From NCBI RefSeq assembly GCF_009914755.1, contig NC_060933.1: a stretch of 64,000 bases of DNA; one strand, given 5' to 3'. Every line of letters begins with the position of its first letter. Within the stretch, counting starts at the first letter, position 1. Below the pieces are notes generated by a model. The model made no database searches and was not told the origin of the DNA. It saw only the letters and a list, made by a program, of their open reading frames with translations. Of this stretch, positions 16,880 to 30,549 are shown in pieces. The stretch comes from the human T2T-CHM13v2.0 reference genome, Homo sapiens. The position numbers were made by a program, and so were the translations under genes.

Positions 16880-17070
16880 AGAGCACAGACTTTGGTATCA
16901 GACTGAACATGGTTAAGTTTCTTACCTATTTAAGTTTCTGGTTTTTTCCTCTGCAAATTGTGTCAGTGACAGCACTGACTCCTAGGTTTCTGTGAAGATT
17001 AAATATTATCTGCACAGGTTTCCTACTCCAGGACTAAGCCCATGGAAGTCCTCAACAAATGTTAGTTCCT
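16880..17070. mobile_element. MIR SINE
   Basis: gcttaagagcacagactttggtatcagactg...tgtgaagattaaat...ctcaacaaatgttagtt. Confidence 0.65.
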
Positions 17071-17099
17071 GTGGCTGTTTGCTTACATGAAGATAATCA

Positions 17100-17735
17100 G
17101 TCACTCAGCAAACCTTTCCTGAGGGTTTGTCCTATGCCAGGCATTGCATAGTGCTGGAGATTTGAGAAAAACTAAGATCAAAATCCGTGTTCCCCAAAAC
17201 CTGATGCTGTCACTGGAACCTGACATGTTCACAAGTTTTATTCATTGAGGTAAATTAAACACAGCATAAATGGAATGCTGGTGTTGAAGCACACAGGGAA
17301 GAGAGCTTAATTGTAAAGGCAGATTTGAAGGGGGTGTGGCATTAGAGCTTCATTCTGAAGAATGAACAATGAAGAAGAGGAAGAAGGTTGAGGGAATGGG
17401 ATGGGCAATGCTGAAGAAGAGCCGAGCATTTTCAAGGAACACCATGTTGTCTGATGCAGCTAGAGCATAAGAAGGATAGAAAGGTATAACAGAGAGTAGA
17501 ACTGGAAAATGTAGGCTCACATCTGCTGCTAGGATGTTTCACTATCATGGAGAGTAACCTGAACTTAGTTTTTTGAATGTCAGGCAGCCATTGTGAAGTT
17601 TTGAGAATGGATATGACATGATCTGACCCGAAATTGGATGGAGATTTCAAAGTCAGATGCACAAGGACGATTGGAAAGAAAAGACCCTGGCAGCAGGAAG
17701 GGCAGTGAAAAGCTCTGCAGTGGTCTAGACAGTAG
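17100..17735 (-). mobile_element. L2 fragment
   Basis: tcactcagcaaacctttcctgag...ctatgccaggcattg...ggcagccattgtgaagttttgagaatggatatgacatgatctgac. Confidence 0.6.
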
Positions 17736-17759
17736 GTATTACTCAATTTATTCCAGGGA

Positions 17760-18400
17760 ATGCCCATAATTCCTTACCTTGGCCAACAATGGCTTGAATA
17801 ATTTAGCCTCTGACTACCTTCTCGCCTCCTTTCCTGCTGCTCTATTCCCTTACTCACTATCCTCTAAACAGACTGGCCTCTGCTCTGATCCTATTAGGTT
17901 GGTGCAAAAGTAATTGCAGTTTTTGCCATTAAAATTAATGGCAATTAATGGCAATTTTGTGGACGGAGAGCATATCAACCTACCAGGGACCTGGCATACT
18001 ACTGGCAAAAACCACAATTACTTTTGCACCAACCTAATAGAATGCCCCCAGTGTACCTAAATCTTGGGATCTTTGCACTCGCTTTTCTCTCTGCCTGCGA
18101 TATTCCTCTCCTAGTCACCCATATGGTTCAGTTCCTTATAACACTCTTATCTTACCTAGCAGTCACTAACCTGTCTAAAATACCCCCCAGTCATTTTTAA
18201 GCCTCTCATCCTGGTTTATTTCTATTCGCAAAAATTATGCTACCTGTCACTATGGCATATCCTTACTTGTTTATATTTTTGTTATCTGTCTTTTTGAGGG
18301 TGGGGAACTTATCATCTTCATTCATGCCTATATCCTTAGTGCCTACCCATTAATTATAGGGACTTGGTAAGTATTTGTTTAATGAATGATTGAATGAATA
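17760..18400 (+). mobile_element. L2 fragment (host of the MADE1)
   Basis: ctttgcactcgcttttctctctgcctg...tatttgtttaatgaatgattgaatgaat L2 tail. Confidence 0.65.
17894..18037. mobile_element. MADE1 (Hsmar1-derived mariner MITE) with an internal insertion
   Basis: TIRs ttaggttggtgcaaaagtaattgcagtttttgcca / tggcaaaaaccacaattacttttgcaccaacctaa, TA TSD at 17892-17893 and 18038-18039; 144 bp instead of ~80 bp. Confidence 0.97.
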
Positions 18401-19769
18401 ATCTTCATTTACCCCTAAATCACAGCAGTGTCTCACTAGCTAAGGCATTTCTGTGGTGGGACAAAAACAGAAAATGGCTATTCTCCTAGGGGATCTTACA
18501 AAATGACCTGTAAAATGTGTGCACAAAGGTGAGCTCAGAGAGTTCACAGAACAAGGGAGGTGTCCCAGTGTGGTGAAAATAAACACTTGCAGCCATAGCT
18601 TCTTGGGGCCAAAGGGAAGGTTGAGGATAATATTTTGTGGACTGAGAGCATATCAACCTACTGGGGACCTAGCATACTACTGGCAAATATTAGCTATTCA
18701 TAAACATTTGATGCATTACTAAATGAACGGCACATTTTGTTGAGTTATTTCTAACGTTTTCATGCCTATTTTAAGAGGCAAGATAGAAAACAGGGAAAAA
18801 TACTGTACCAGAGGCCAAAGCAGAGCTGGGAGCAATGAGAGGAGGAGTGAGGCAAGCTCACGCTTTTATTTATGAAGGCTCATGTAGACCATTTTCCTCT
18901 CGCAATGAGTAGTGCTCATATTATGTGGTGTTACACATGCTGGAGCAACAATACCTTGTATTTATGGAGTGGCTGTCTCTGAGGGGCTCAGACCATTTTA
19001 TAGACATGATCTCATTCATGCTGTCTCAGGTCTTCTATTGAATTACAGAATGGTTCATTGTTCCAAACGATGCAAACTATTTCTTTTAGATGCACTCTTA
19101 GAATTATCCATTCTCCTGTTACAGGTTCAAAGATTTACAAATCATCGCCAAATGGCTCCAGAATTGCTACCGCAGGAAAGGAGGTGGGTGGAAATGGAAA
19201 TGTTCTGAATTTATAATTTATGAACTCTTCAAATATTAGGAAGTCACTTTTTGTACACCCATCTTAAAAACAAGGGAAAACATATGCTATGACTTTGTTG
19301 CAGCCATATAATATGATAATAAAGGTAGAAAAAAAGAATATTAATTTTTATAACATTAGCTAAAGCTATAAAAATAAGAGTTAACCAGTGTGGCTAAGAG
19401 GTGGGATAATCATAACCATAATAAGCATAAAAGCAGAAGGTAATGTGGACATATTCCCGAGCTAAGGTCACAAGAAGCAGGATCTTCATTTGCTCTGCTA
19501 TGAAAAACTCTGTGACCTTAAACAAACGCTTAACTTCTCTGTGCCTTGATTGCCTTATCTGACAATGAGAATCGTTGGATTAGGTGCTCTCCAAGTTCCA
19601 TTAAGGAGATTTCATGAGTCTGTGTGGTTCTGTTACCACCACCACAATCACCAGCACCCACATTATTGCTGTCTAATGCTTAACCTGGAACATAATGGAT
19701 ACCCAAAGTATTTACTGCATAGCAGATGAATTTGTCCAGTGTCCATTAGTTTGCAAACTGAATTTGACT

Positions 19770-20170
19770 TAATAAACATTTGTTGAGTGTCTACTATGTC
19801 CTAGGCACAGAGGTGATGATGGGATATAGAAAAATATAAAAAACATAATGATCAAAATGTATGAAAAGCATGAAAGAAGTCAAAATGCTTGGCTCTGTAT
19901 CAATAGGGGCTTCCTGGAAGAGATGACATGATCTCAGTTCAAATGGATAATTAATAAAGTTCACCAGATGGACTAGGAAAGGAAAGAAGAAAGAGAAAGC
20001 CATTATAGTCAGAGCGAAGAGCATGTCAAAAGACACATAAGTATGAAAGAGATAGAGGAAATGTGAATAAATGTGAGGATGGATCAGTAAGAAGCTAGAC
20101 TGGGAAAATAGACATGAATCACATGATTAAGATCAAAACCTGGCTTTGGGTCTCAGGTTTCATCTTGCAG
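19770..20170 (-). mobile_element. L2 fragment
   Basis: aataaacatttgttgagtgtctactatgtcctaggcac...ggcttcctggaagagatgaca. Confidence 0.65.
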
Positions 20171-20775
20171 GCTATAGTTGCAGAGTTGATAGTATCAGAT
20201 GCTCATGCTTGATTTTCAAAAGGAACAATGTAAGTTACTTTACCATATTCTTCACTTCAAGGAAAGTATGAATTGCATGTTATTTTTGTTTCGCAAATGG
20301 AGAACTTGAGGTTCAGGCAAGATAAGGAACCTGTGCAGAACCAAATAGTTCTTATGCACTTCTAACAAACTCTTTAAATAGAAGTCCACCAAAATCTGCT
20401 ATCTTCTACCTATGTTATTTAACTTATTTTTTCTCTTTACACAGACCCCTTGTTCCAGCTGATAAGTCACTTACCTATTCCTTGAGCACACAGTGACATA
20501 TTCCTTTCCTGCTCTGGCATCTATGCTGTTCTTTTGATCTAGGGTGTGCTGCTCCTCTCCTCATCCAGTTCAAATCCTACACATGCTTCAACTCAAGCTC
20601 CACCTGCACTAGGAAACCTTCCCTGGCCCTTTCAGAAGGACTACTCAATGGTGTATTCAACAATCTCAAGTGGTACACAGCTTCCATGTACTTTGCCTCA
20701 TGCTAGGCAGTGGTCATACTATGGCAAGCAAAAGACAATTCTTACTCTCACATATCTTCAGGCTAGTTCGAGAAG

Positions 20776-21128
20776 TGCTATGGTCTGAATGTCTGTGTTC
20801 TCCCAAAATTTATATGTTCGAATTAAATCCCCAATGCAATACTATTAAGAGGTGGGCCTTTCAAAGGTGATTAGGTCATAGGGGTTCTGCTCCCATGAAT
20901 GGTATTAGTGCTTTCATAAAAAAGGTCTGAGGGACCCCTTTCACCATATGAAGACATAGCCAGAAGGTGCCAGTGATGAGGACGAGTGAGCCCTCAACAA
21001 TCACCAAATTTGCTGGTGCTTTGGTCTTCAATTTTCCAGCCTCTGGAACCATGAGCAATAATTTTTTATTATTTATAAACTACCCAGTCTAAGGTATTTT
21101 GTTATAGTAGCCCAAATGAACTAAGACA
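20776..21128 (+). mobile_element. MLT1A-type MaLR solo LTR
   Basis: tgctatggtctgaatgtctgtgt...ttttgttatagtagcccaaatgaactaagaca; TG...CA ends; perfect 5-bp TSD agaag. Confidence 0.92.
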
Positions 21129-21160
21129 AGAAGATAGAGAGCAATCAATAGTCATGTGTT

Positions 21161-21445
21161 AGCCGAGTACCATGGCTCACACCTATAATCCCAGTAGCTC
21201 AGGAGGCTGAGGCAGGAGGATCACTTGAGGCCAGGAATTCAAGACCAGCCTGAGCAACATAGCAAGGCTTCATCTGTATTTTTTTTTATTAGCCAGATGT
21301 TTGTGGTATGCACCTGTAGCCCCAGCTACTCAGGAGGATGAGGGGGAAGGATCACTTGAATTCAGGAGTTTGAGGCTGCAGAGAGCTATGATTGCACCAC
21401 TGCATTCCAACCTAGGCAACAGAGCAAGACCTTGGCTCAAAAAAC
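21161..21445 (+). mobile_element. AluJ (old), T-rich central linker
   Basis: dimer with J diagnostics (aggatcacttgaggccagga, gaggctgcagagagctatgatt); TSD agtcatgtgtt / agtaatgtgtt. Confidence 0.9.
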
Positions 21446-22073
21446 TAAGTAATGTGTTTACAAATATGGGAACTGTTTTGAAGGAGAAGTTCAAGGTGGC
21501 AAGAGTGTATAAGGAGAAAAGCATCCCAATGGCTCAGGTAAGGCTGCTGCTATGTGGAAATGATGTCCAAGACGGGATATGAAGGGTTAGAGAGTGGGTA
21601 GGGTTTAACTAAGTGGAGACAGAGAGAGAGAAAGGGTAAAAGAGTGGCTTAGGTGGAGGAAATACCCTGCCTAAAGCTCTCAGTGGAAAAGAGCAGGATA
21701 TTCTGAGGTTCTGTTCAACCATCAGGACACACAGGGGCAAGCAACCAGAAACTGACTCTGGTTAAGTTTAAGCCACACAGAAAACTATTGGAAAGACTGG
21801 TAAGTTCCCAGCATCACTAGAAAGGCCTAGCAAACAAAATGGGTGCTCACAACCAAAACCCTTCAAGCCACATAAGCCGTCTGGTGAGGATACTGATGGC
21901 TCCATTGTTTTAACTTTGAACTCTGTAGCCAGCACCATTGGCACCCTCAGCACAGGGCTTGTGGGGCCACCTCCAGCTTCTGTGTTACTAGTGCCCTGGA
22001 AAATAGGCAAATGTCACTGCCACCATCATACTGGATTTTTTTTTTTTCCGTTTTTTTTCTGTCAGCCCTGGTC

Positions 22074-22076
<3 letters not shown>

Positions 22077-22129
<53 letters not shown>

Positions 22130-22183
22130 AGATATAGATATAGATATAGATATAGATATAGATAGATAGATAGATAGATATAT
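22077..22183. repeat. Compound STR (TA)n-(GATATA)n-(GATA)n in the Alu tail
   Basis: direct; lies between the Alu poly-T and the left TSD copy. Confidence 0.95.
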
Positions 22184-22477
22184 TTTTTTTTTTTTTTTTC
22201 TGAGATGGAGTCTCCCTCGGTCACCCAGGCTGGAGTGCAGTGGCGCAATCTTGGCTCACTGCAACTTCCACCTCCTTGGTTCAAGCAATTCCCCTGCCAC
22301 CTGAGTAGCTGGGATTACAGGCGCCCGCCACCACACCCAGCTAATTTTTGTATTTTTACTACAGACAGGGTTTCGCCATGTTGGCCAGGCTGGTCTCAAA
22401 CTCCTGACCTCGGGTGATCCACCCGCCTTGGCTTCCTAAAGTGCTGGGATTACAGGCGTGAGCCACTGTGCCTGGCC
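22184..22477 (-). mobile_element. AluSx-like
   Basis: full dimer antisense; TSD ctggtcaga(t/c)a at 22068-22078 and 22478-22488. Confidence 0.93.
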
Positions 22478-23454
22478 CTGGTCAGACACTTCTAATTGGC
22501 CAACCATTCCGTCATTCTTTGGATACCTGGGAAAGTTTATATATTTTTTAATTATTATTTTTAGTTTCTATAGTGCGAAGTGGACTGTTTTCCATCAAGA
22601 TTTGTAAGGTGGAAAACTCCCCAGACATAGAAAGAGGATTCAGATGCGGGCACACGGCAACACTGCTGGAGGATGAGAGTGCCCATAAAATTCTCTAATT
22701 GTTTTAGTTGTGTTCATCTCATCCGCCTCACTGACTTGTGATCTCCTTTGGGGAAGTGTTCGTGCTTTCTTCCTCCCTCGTAAGCTCAGCCATTACTGAT
22801 GGTCCTGGCCACACACTCCCTGCTCAATAAATTCTTGTTGACTTCCATCTAGTTCATTCTGCAAAGGTCATTTCATTTGGCCTTAGCTGGGAGGTGATTT
22901 TCAAATGTGAAATATGAATAACTTGGCCCTGGAGTCAGTAACATCTGCAGATAATCATGTCATCTGGCCATGCAGAACCTCTGGGCATGGGGAAGTTTTC
23001 TGGTATGTGAGGAGATACGAAATGGAAACTGCTACCTGATGTAGCCTCATCACTTCTCAGGGGCTGATTCCCTCTAGGGCAGTAGAGGAGCTTGTGTCTT
23101 GAAAATACATTTGGGCATTCCACTATTAGGTAGTGGTTACTTATGTGGAAAAGTTCCTTACACAGTCAGGTGCAATGCCTTGCAGCGAGTAGTTTCTTCT
23201 CTCATTTTCTTTTACAATGTTCTGGTGGAAGGAGTGCTGGCTTAGAAACCAGAATATCTGAATCCAAGACCTGGTTCTGGGATAATAAGACATGAGACCT
23301 CCGTCCAGTCCCATTATCTTGCAGATCCTCATATTCTCTATCAATAAAGTGAGCAGGATGATTTATTAGGTGCAAGCTGTGGTAGGCATCTGTTGTTTCC
23401 ATTTTCTCAACCTTTCTCTTTTTCTGGAAATCGTTCATGTGTCTTCTTCTAGAA

Positions 23455-23641
23455 TAATTATTCTCAAACTTAAGCATATATCAGAATCACATAGAAGCCT
23501 TGTTAAAACAGATTCCTGTATCCTCTTCCCAGAGTTTCTGATTTTGTAGATTTGGGATAGGTCTTGAGAATTTGTATTTCTAGCTATTTCCCAGGGGATG
23601 TTGACATTACTGGTCTGGGGACCACACTTTGAGAACTACTG
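23455..23641. mobile_element. MER5A (hAT-Charlie MITE)
   Basis: ttctcaaacttaagcatatatcagaatcac...ggaccacactttgagaactactg; 8-bp TSD ttctagaa / cactagaa. Confidence 0.9.
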
Positions 23642-23723
23642 CACTAGAAATCCACTTTTTCTTATTCTCAGCCCATGAGGTTTAGAGGCTAATTTCAGCC
23701 CTTGGCTTCAAGAGTGAGAGCAT

Positions 23724-25146
<1,423 letters not shown>

Positions 25147-25149
25147 ATT

Positions 25150-25288
25150 TTATATATATACATATATATATGTGTATATATATGTATATATGTATATATA
25201 TGTATATATATGTGTGTATATGTATGTATATATATGTATGTATATGTATATATATGTGTGTATATATATATATGTGTACATATATATA
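25150..25288. repeat. (TA)n/(TATG)n low-complexity repeat replacing the L1 A-tail
   Basis: direct. Confidence 0.95.
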
Positions 25289-25803
25289 AACAAACAAAAA
25301 TAAAAGACTGAGAACACGAACCAGAACCAGCTAATTAGTTTATTTCAACCACCTCTGGTCACCTTGTCATAGAAGATTACGGGGGAGGGCAGGAGACTCA
25401 TATCAGACCAATTCACTACAATGCTTTAGCAGAAACAACTTCCTGCTTGGGTTGCTTGAAGCCACTGAGGGCCATCCTGCATCTACTGATGACTATACTG
25501 ACAGAAGAAATCAGAGCTGAGACATGCAAGGCAGAGATTCCTGAAACTCGACTTGATCTCCTGCAGTCATCTTGAAGCATGCTCTATGGGATCACATGTG
25601 CTCTTTTTTGCTTGAGCTACTGGGGTTTCTGTCACTTGCAACCAGATAATCCTAAATAATATGTACACTTTTCAAAAACAGAGTCTGAATTTAGTCTTTT
25701 TGTAAAAAAAAAAAAAAAAAAACAAAAAAAAAAAACTTCTAAGAAGTTATACTCTGAGGCAATGAGCAGATAGAAAAAATTTGAAATAGAAATACAGTTC
25801 TTT

Positions 25804-26012
25804 CACTTGGACCCAGGAAGGGGAACATCACACACCGGGGCCTGTAGTGGGGTGGGAGTCGGGGAGGGATAGCATTAGGAGATATACCTAATGTAAATGA
25901 TGAGTTAATGGGTGCAGCACACCAACGTGGCACATGTATACATATGTAACAAACCTGCACGTTGTGCGCATGTACCCTAGAACTTAAAGTATAATTAAAA
26001 AAAAAAAAAGAA
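25804..26012 (+). mobile_element. Short L1PA 3' end (~210 bp)
   Basis: 3'UTR + A-tail; perfect 16-bp TSD agaaatacagttcttt at 25788-25803 and 26013-26028. Confidence 0.96.
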
Positions 26013-26094
26013 AGAAATACAGTTCTTTTAAGAACTAGCTGGTCAGACAACTTGAGAACAGCATACCAAGAATAACCATGATAATTAGAGAAAG

Positions 26095-26295
26095 AATAGT
26101 AGGTAACTTTTACTGAGTATTTAATGAATACCAGAATCTCTAATTAATTACTCATATTAATTATCTAATTTAATCTACATAATGCCCTTTGGAGTCAAAT
26201 ACTATCATAATCTCAGCTAACAGATGAGGATAATGACCCTCACAGATTTTAAGAAACTTGCCCATGGTTACTCAGTGAGTAACAGACCATGAAAG

Positions 26296-26329
<34 letters not shown>

Positions 26330-26380
26330 GAGGAAGTCAATCCAAAAGGTCTGACTTCAGAAGCCATATTCTGTCATCCT
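26095..26380. mobile_element. MIR with (GA)n(GACA)n insertion
   Basis: aacagatgaggataatgaccctcacagattttaagaaacttgcccatggttactcag...tctgacttcagaagcc. Confidence 0.65.
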
Positions 26381-27169
26381 TGTGAGATCAGAAGTCTTGA
26401 TCTTTCATTTTAATTCAGAGACCACACCATCTTGAGGATGTGAGGATGATGCCTGGTTTAAACTAAGGAGCAAATATAAAAGTGGTGGGGCTCCTTTGAA
26501 AAAAAAAGATTAAGACACAATTTTTCCTGGTCTCAGAGGATTGTAAAAGCCTCCAGTTGACTCCAAACTGGTAGAATAGTGCCAGAGTAGTGCCAGTAGA
26601 GCTGTTAAGGGTCTGAAAGCAACTTCCACTGTCTCTATGACAGACCATCTCTGCCTACCTTAAACTCTGTGCAGTGCCAGCTTTAGGGACCTCTGACAAG
26701 GGCACCCAATGTCAGCATGCCTGGATCCTTGCCTGCCCTGACCTCAAAAAACCCTTAAACTGCCCACTCATTGCAGTCCTTTTGTTACATTGAGAGCAGC
26801 CCCAATGAATGCCTACCCAACAAATCTAATCAGTATCCCTGGTAAGCCTACCTTCAAGAGCCTATGCCCCAAACAGAATTTTGTAGGTACTTCAAAGACA
26901 TACCCAATGAATATTTTATTGGTTACCAATTTTCCCATCTCAAGAATATAGACTTCGATGGGTTGATTATATAGAAATTGATTTGTTTTTATTTTTATAG
27001 CTTTTATATCTTTTTAGTGTGTTCTGTGGCTTCTCATCATCACCTCAACTGCTCTACTCTTCAATTTTTGTTCATTTGTATTTGCTCCAAGGTACAACAG
27101 CATGTTAGTTTTCCCTTGTGTATGCATTGTAGGTAGTGGGATTCAATCTGATATTGTCTGATCAATTCT

Positions 27170-27850
27170 TTTTTATTGGCTGATAGAAGAACCCTTTCAC
27201 TAACTTCCTAACTTGAATTTTTACCTCCATTCTTACCCCGCACACCTATATTATGTTTCACCCAGCTGCACTATCTTTCTGAAACAAAGATTCCTTTTAC
27301 GCATTAGCTAAAAACCTGTCATCTACTCAATTTCTTAAATGTGACATATAAATGTCCTTGAAAACTCTTCCTAAATGGCTCTTCCAGCTTTGCTTCCTTG
27401 AAGTCACACCCTAACTGCACATTCAGCCTCAACTACCCCATCCCTGGCCCATCCTGGGCAGACCACTGCTCTCTGGATTCAGTCTCTGCACCTCTGCTAA
27501 GGATTGTTTCCTTAGACCATCATAACCATCCTCCTGAAGTTTTTCTCATCCAAATATCACCCATCCTTCAAGTTCTGGCCAAAAATTTTCTTCCTCCATG
27601 ACACGTCCTCAGATCCCCTTGGCTGGAGACAATATCCGCCTCCTCTGGACTTCCACAGCATTTTTATTGCTCCTATCTTACAGCTCCTAGTCCTGTCTCT
27701 ATTATAGCTATTTACAGATAGAAATCTTATCTCCCCCACTAGTCTATAAAGCCTTTGAGTGTACAATCCCTTTGTCATTCATCAATGTATTCCACACTAG
27801 ACCTGGCTTAGTACCTTGTACATATTGGAAATTCACATATCTAATAAATA
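27170..27850 (+). mobile_element. L2 fragment
   Basis: tcttatctccccactagtctataaagcctttgag...gacctggcttagtaccttgtacatattgg. Confidence 0.6.
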
Positions 27851-28282
27851 ACTAAACTGAGGAGTTCTGGGATGGGATCCTACCCCAAAATGTCCCTCTC
27901 ATTAGTTTGTCATATTGATGGAACTCTTAAAGTGTAAGAACAGTTACCCTGGGCCAGCACCATGTGCCCATAGTGGGAGTATTTCATCAGATCACATTTA
28001 TCAAATATCTCCAGTGATGTGGTCAGTGACCAGGTGCTCCTGAAACAATCAGGGACCCAGACTGAAGCAGCCTCACATAAGCAAGATTTCATTTTAAATA
28101 TAATGATTTATCTTTTTAAAATCCATGTGCATTTTGAATTCTCTTTCATAAGATATAAATATTTAGTTTAATTTAAATATTTTATCCCAATGGTTAAATA
28201 AAATTGAACCTCACTCATCTGCACCAGACACATCCAGTGGCACTGAGTACCTGCTGGCTCCCCAGTATAGTGGATGTTACTC

Positions 28283-28518
28283 CTGACTGCAAGACACAGT
28301 GTTAAAGGATCTTTGTCATTAATATATTTGTGTGAATTAATGATTCAGCTCTTTTCTAGCTGAGGGCAATGGGAAGACAATATGAGGCATGGGAGAATTA
28401 ATAGGGGCCAAATAGCATTGTGTTTTCTTATGGGACAGAATAAAACAGGTCTAGGGGAGACAAGCAGAGAAAATGCCCTTGGCATTCAAGACTAGCCATG
28501 GTGCCCTGAGATTGAAGG
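28283..28518 (+). repeat. Dispersed direct duplication, copy 1
   Basis: aligns to 29799-30013; 50-bp core 28315-28364 differs at one base. Confidence 0.9.
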
Positions 28519-29798
28519 TGAGGAAAAGAGTCAGATCTGGTCGACAGTTATTCACGGGAGGGTCCAGCTTTGCCTGCTTCTCTCCCCATTGAAGTTGGAG
28601 GCACAATATAGAGAGGTCATCAATTCACTTTGCTATTGGAAGCTGAGCTAGCTTATCCAGAGCCTAGGGGCTGTCAGCACAAGATTGTTAATGAACATGT
28701 TTCCTGTAGATAATTATAGGAAAGGGAATATTGAAAGCACTTAAAACATTTCATTCTTTTTAATTCATTAATTATATTGCAATTATCCCATGCTCAGGAG
28801 CTGTTCAGGAGGCTGGGTTCCAGCTATTCCTGCAAGCTTCCATGGGCAGGAATGAGGGCTGAGGGCTTGGGGAGAGAGAGCCTGAAGAGAAAAGCTCAGA
28901 AAAGGTTAACTGTGCAGATACAAGAAGCTAATTGGAAACCTCGTAAACAAAATCCAGGTTAATGAGAGTTGAAAAGAACAACACATCTCTTTTATAATGA
29001 TTATTACAATTATCATTATTTCCCCACCCACATCAAAATTGCTTGCATTTTGATAGGTTCACCATGAGCAACACGTCATCTCTGAAAACACCTGGCCTTG
29101 AAGTTGAATCAGAGGATTAGATTCAAGATGTGGCAAATCTTATGGATGACTGTGGAATGATGGGGGCACAAGTCTAAATACTGCATCCTGCTCTGTCATA
29201 TCCTAGATCTGCTATTGTTTTTCTCTTCACTTCTTATGTTATTCATAGAGAGTTGTAAGTAAGTAAATTGACATACCAGACCCCTACTGTGTGCCAGGAG
29301 TACAAGAATGGCAGTGGTACAGATGAGGTCTCTGCCCTCATAGAACTTTCAATGAAAAACATGGTCCACTGAATAGGGAATCAAGATACAGGTGATGGGG
29401 AAAGTACAAGGAGCAGAGGAGTTCCTAGGGTGGTCAGGAGGGAGGATAGGTAACGTTCTCTGTGTGCTCTCTTCTGTACACATACATCACATTAGTAGCA
29501 ATACCCCAAATCTCAATACTTTCAGACTTCATATTCTGGCTTTTGGGAATATCAAGCGCTTTCTTCCCCAGTGATTCTATCTAGGAAATACTGATGGTGA
29601 GAGTGGGGAGGTGGGAAAGTTGCCCTCACATATAAGTGAAGATATAGCCTGAACACTTTTTTAATTGGTTCACTAATTTTCCACCCTCTCTTCCTGTTCC
29701 TCTGCTATTCATTGGTTCCTTCTTGTTCCAGTGGCCAATACCACTGCTAATTTCTTCCAAACTGCTAACCTCCATGCCACCCATTGATAATATGACCT

Positions 29799-30013
29799 CT
29801 GAATGCAAGGCATAGCATGAAATGATCTGAGTCATTAATATATTTGTGTGAATTAATGACTCAGCTCTTTTCTAGCTGAGAGGAAAGACAATATGAGGCA
29901 AGGGGGACTTAAAGGGGCCAACGAGTATTTTGTTTCCATGTAGGACAGAGGAAGACAGGCAGATAAAGTATCCTTGGTATCTGAAACTAACCAGGTTGCC
30001 CTGAGCCTGAAAG
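29799..30013 (+). repeat. Dispersed direct duplication, copy 2
   Basis: aligns to 28283-28518. Confidence 0.9.
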
Positions 30014-30089
30014 TATATTTCTCACTGTCTCTATCATAGGACCTACCTCATGTTCCCCTGATGGAAGATGACAGACAATGTGAACCAGA

Positions 30090-30337
30090 GATGTGTCCAG
30101 TCATTTGTCTAGGCAAGGCCTGAAATGTGTTAGAAAGTCCAGCCAATATCAGCAAAAACACAGCTGGCTCAAGCTGACCACAGTCACATGATAGAACCCA
30201 TCTGAGACCAAAGAAACCACTCAGCTAAGCCTAGTTTAAGTTGCTAACCTGCAGAATCATGAGCTAAATAAACAGCCATTGTTGAGGCCATTATGTGTTG
30301 GGGTGGTTTGTTATGCAGCAATAGCTAACTGATACAA
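30090..30337 (+). mobile_element. MLT1 LTR 3' portion
   Basis: cagaatcatgagctaaataaacagccattgttg...ggggtggtttgttatgcagcaatagctaactgataca. Confidence 0.8.
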
Positions 30338-30549
30338 CACTTAACTATATTATAGATCAGTTCTATTTGAGCAAATCACTTTGAATATCTACTATGTTCC
30401 TAGTTACTGGAGGCATAATAATAAGACACAGTCCCTGTTTAGGGAAACTTACAAGCCAATACCTCTTAACGGTAACTAAGCAATTAAAAAAACACATGAG
30501 ATTTTAACCTTTAATTTATGCAACACTACAGTGTCTACATTTAAGTCTC

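Noticed and set aside
28283-30013. The duplicated pair as two LTRs of a provirus
   Set aside because: No TG...CA termini, TSD, PBS or PPT seen, and the interior includes L2-like sequence
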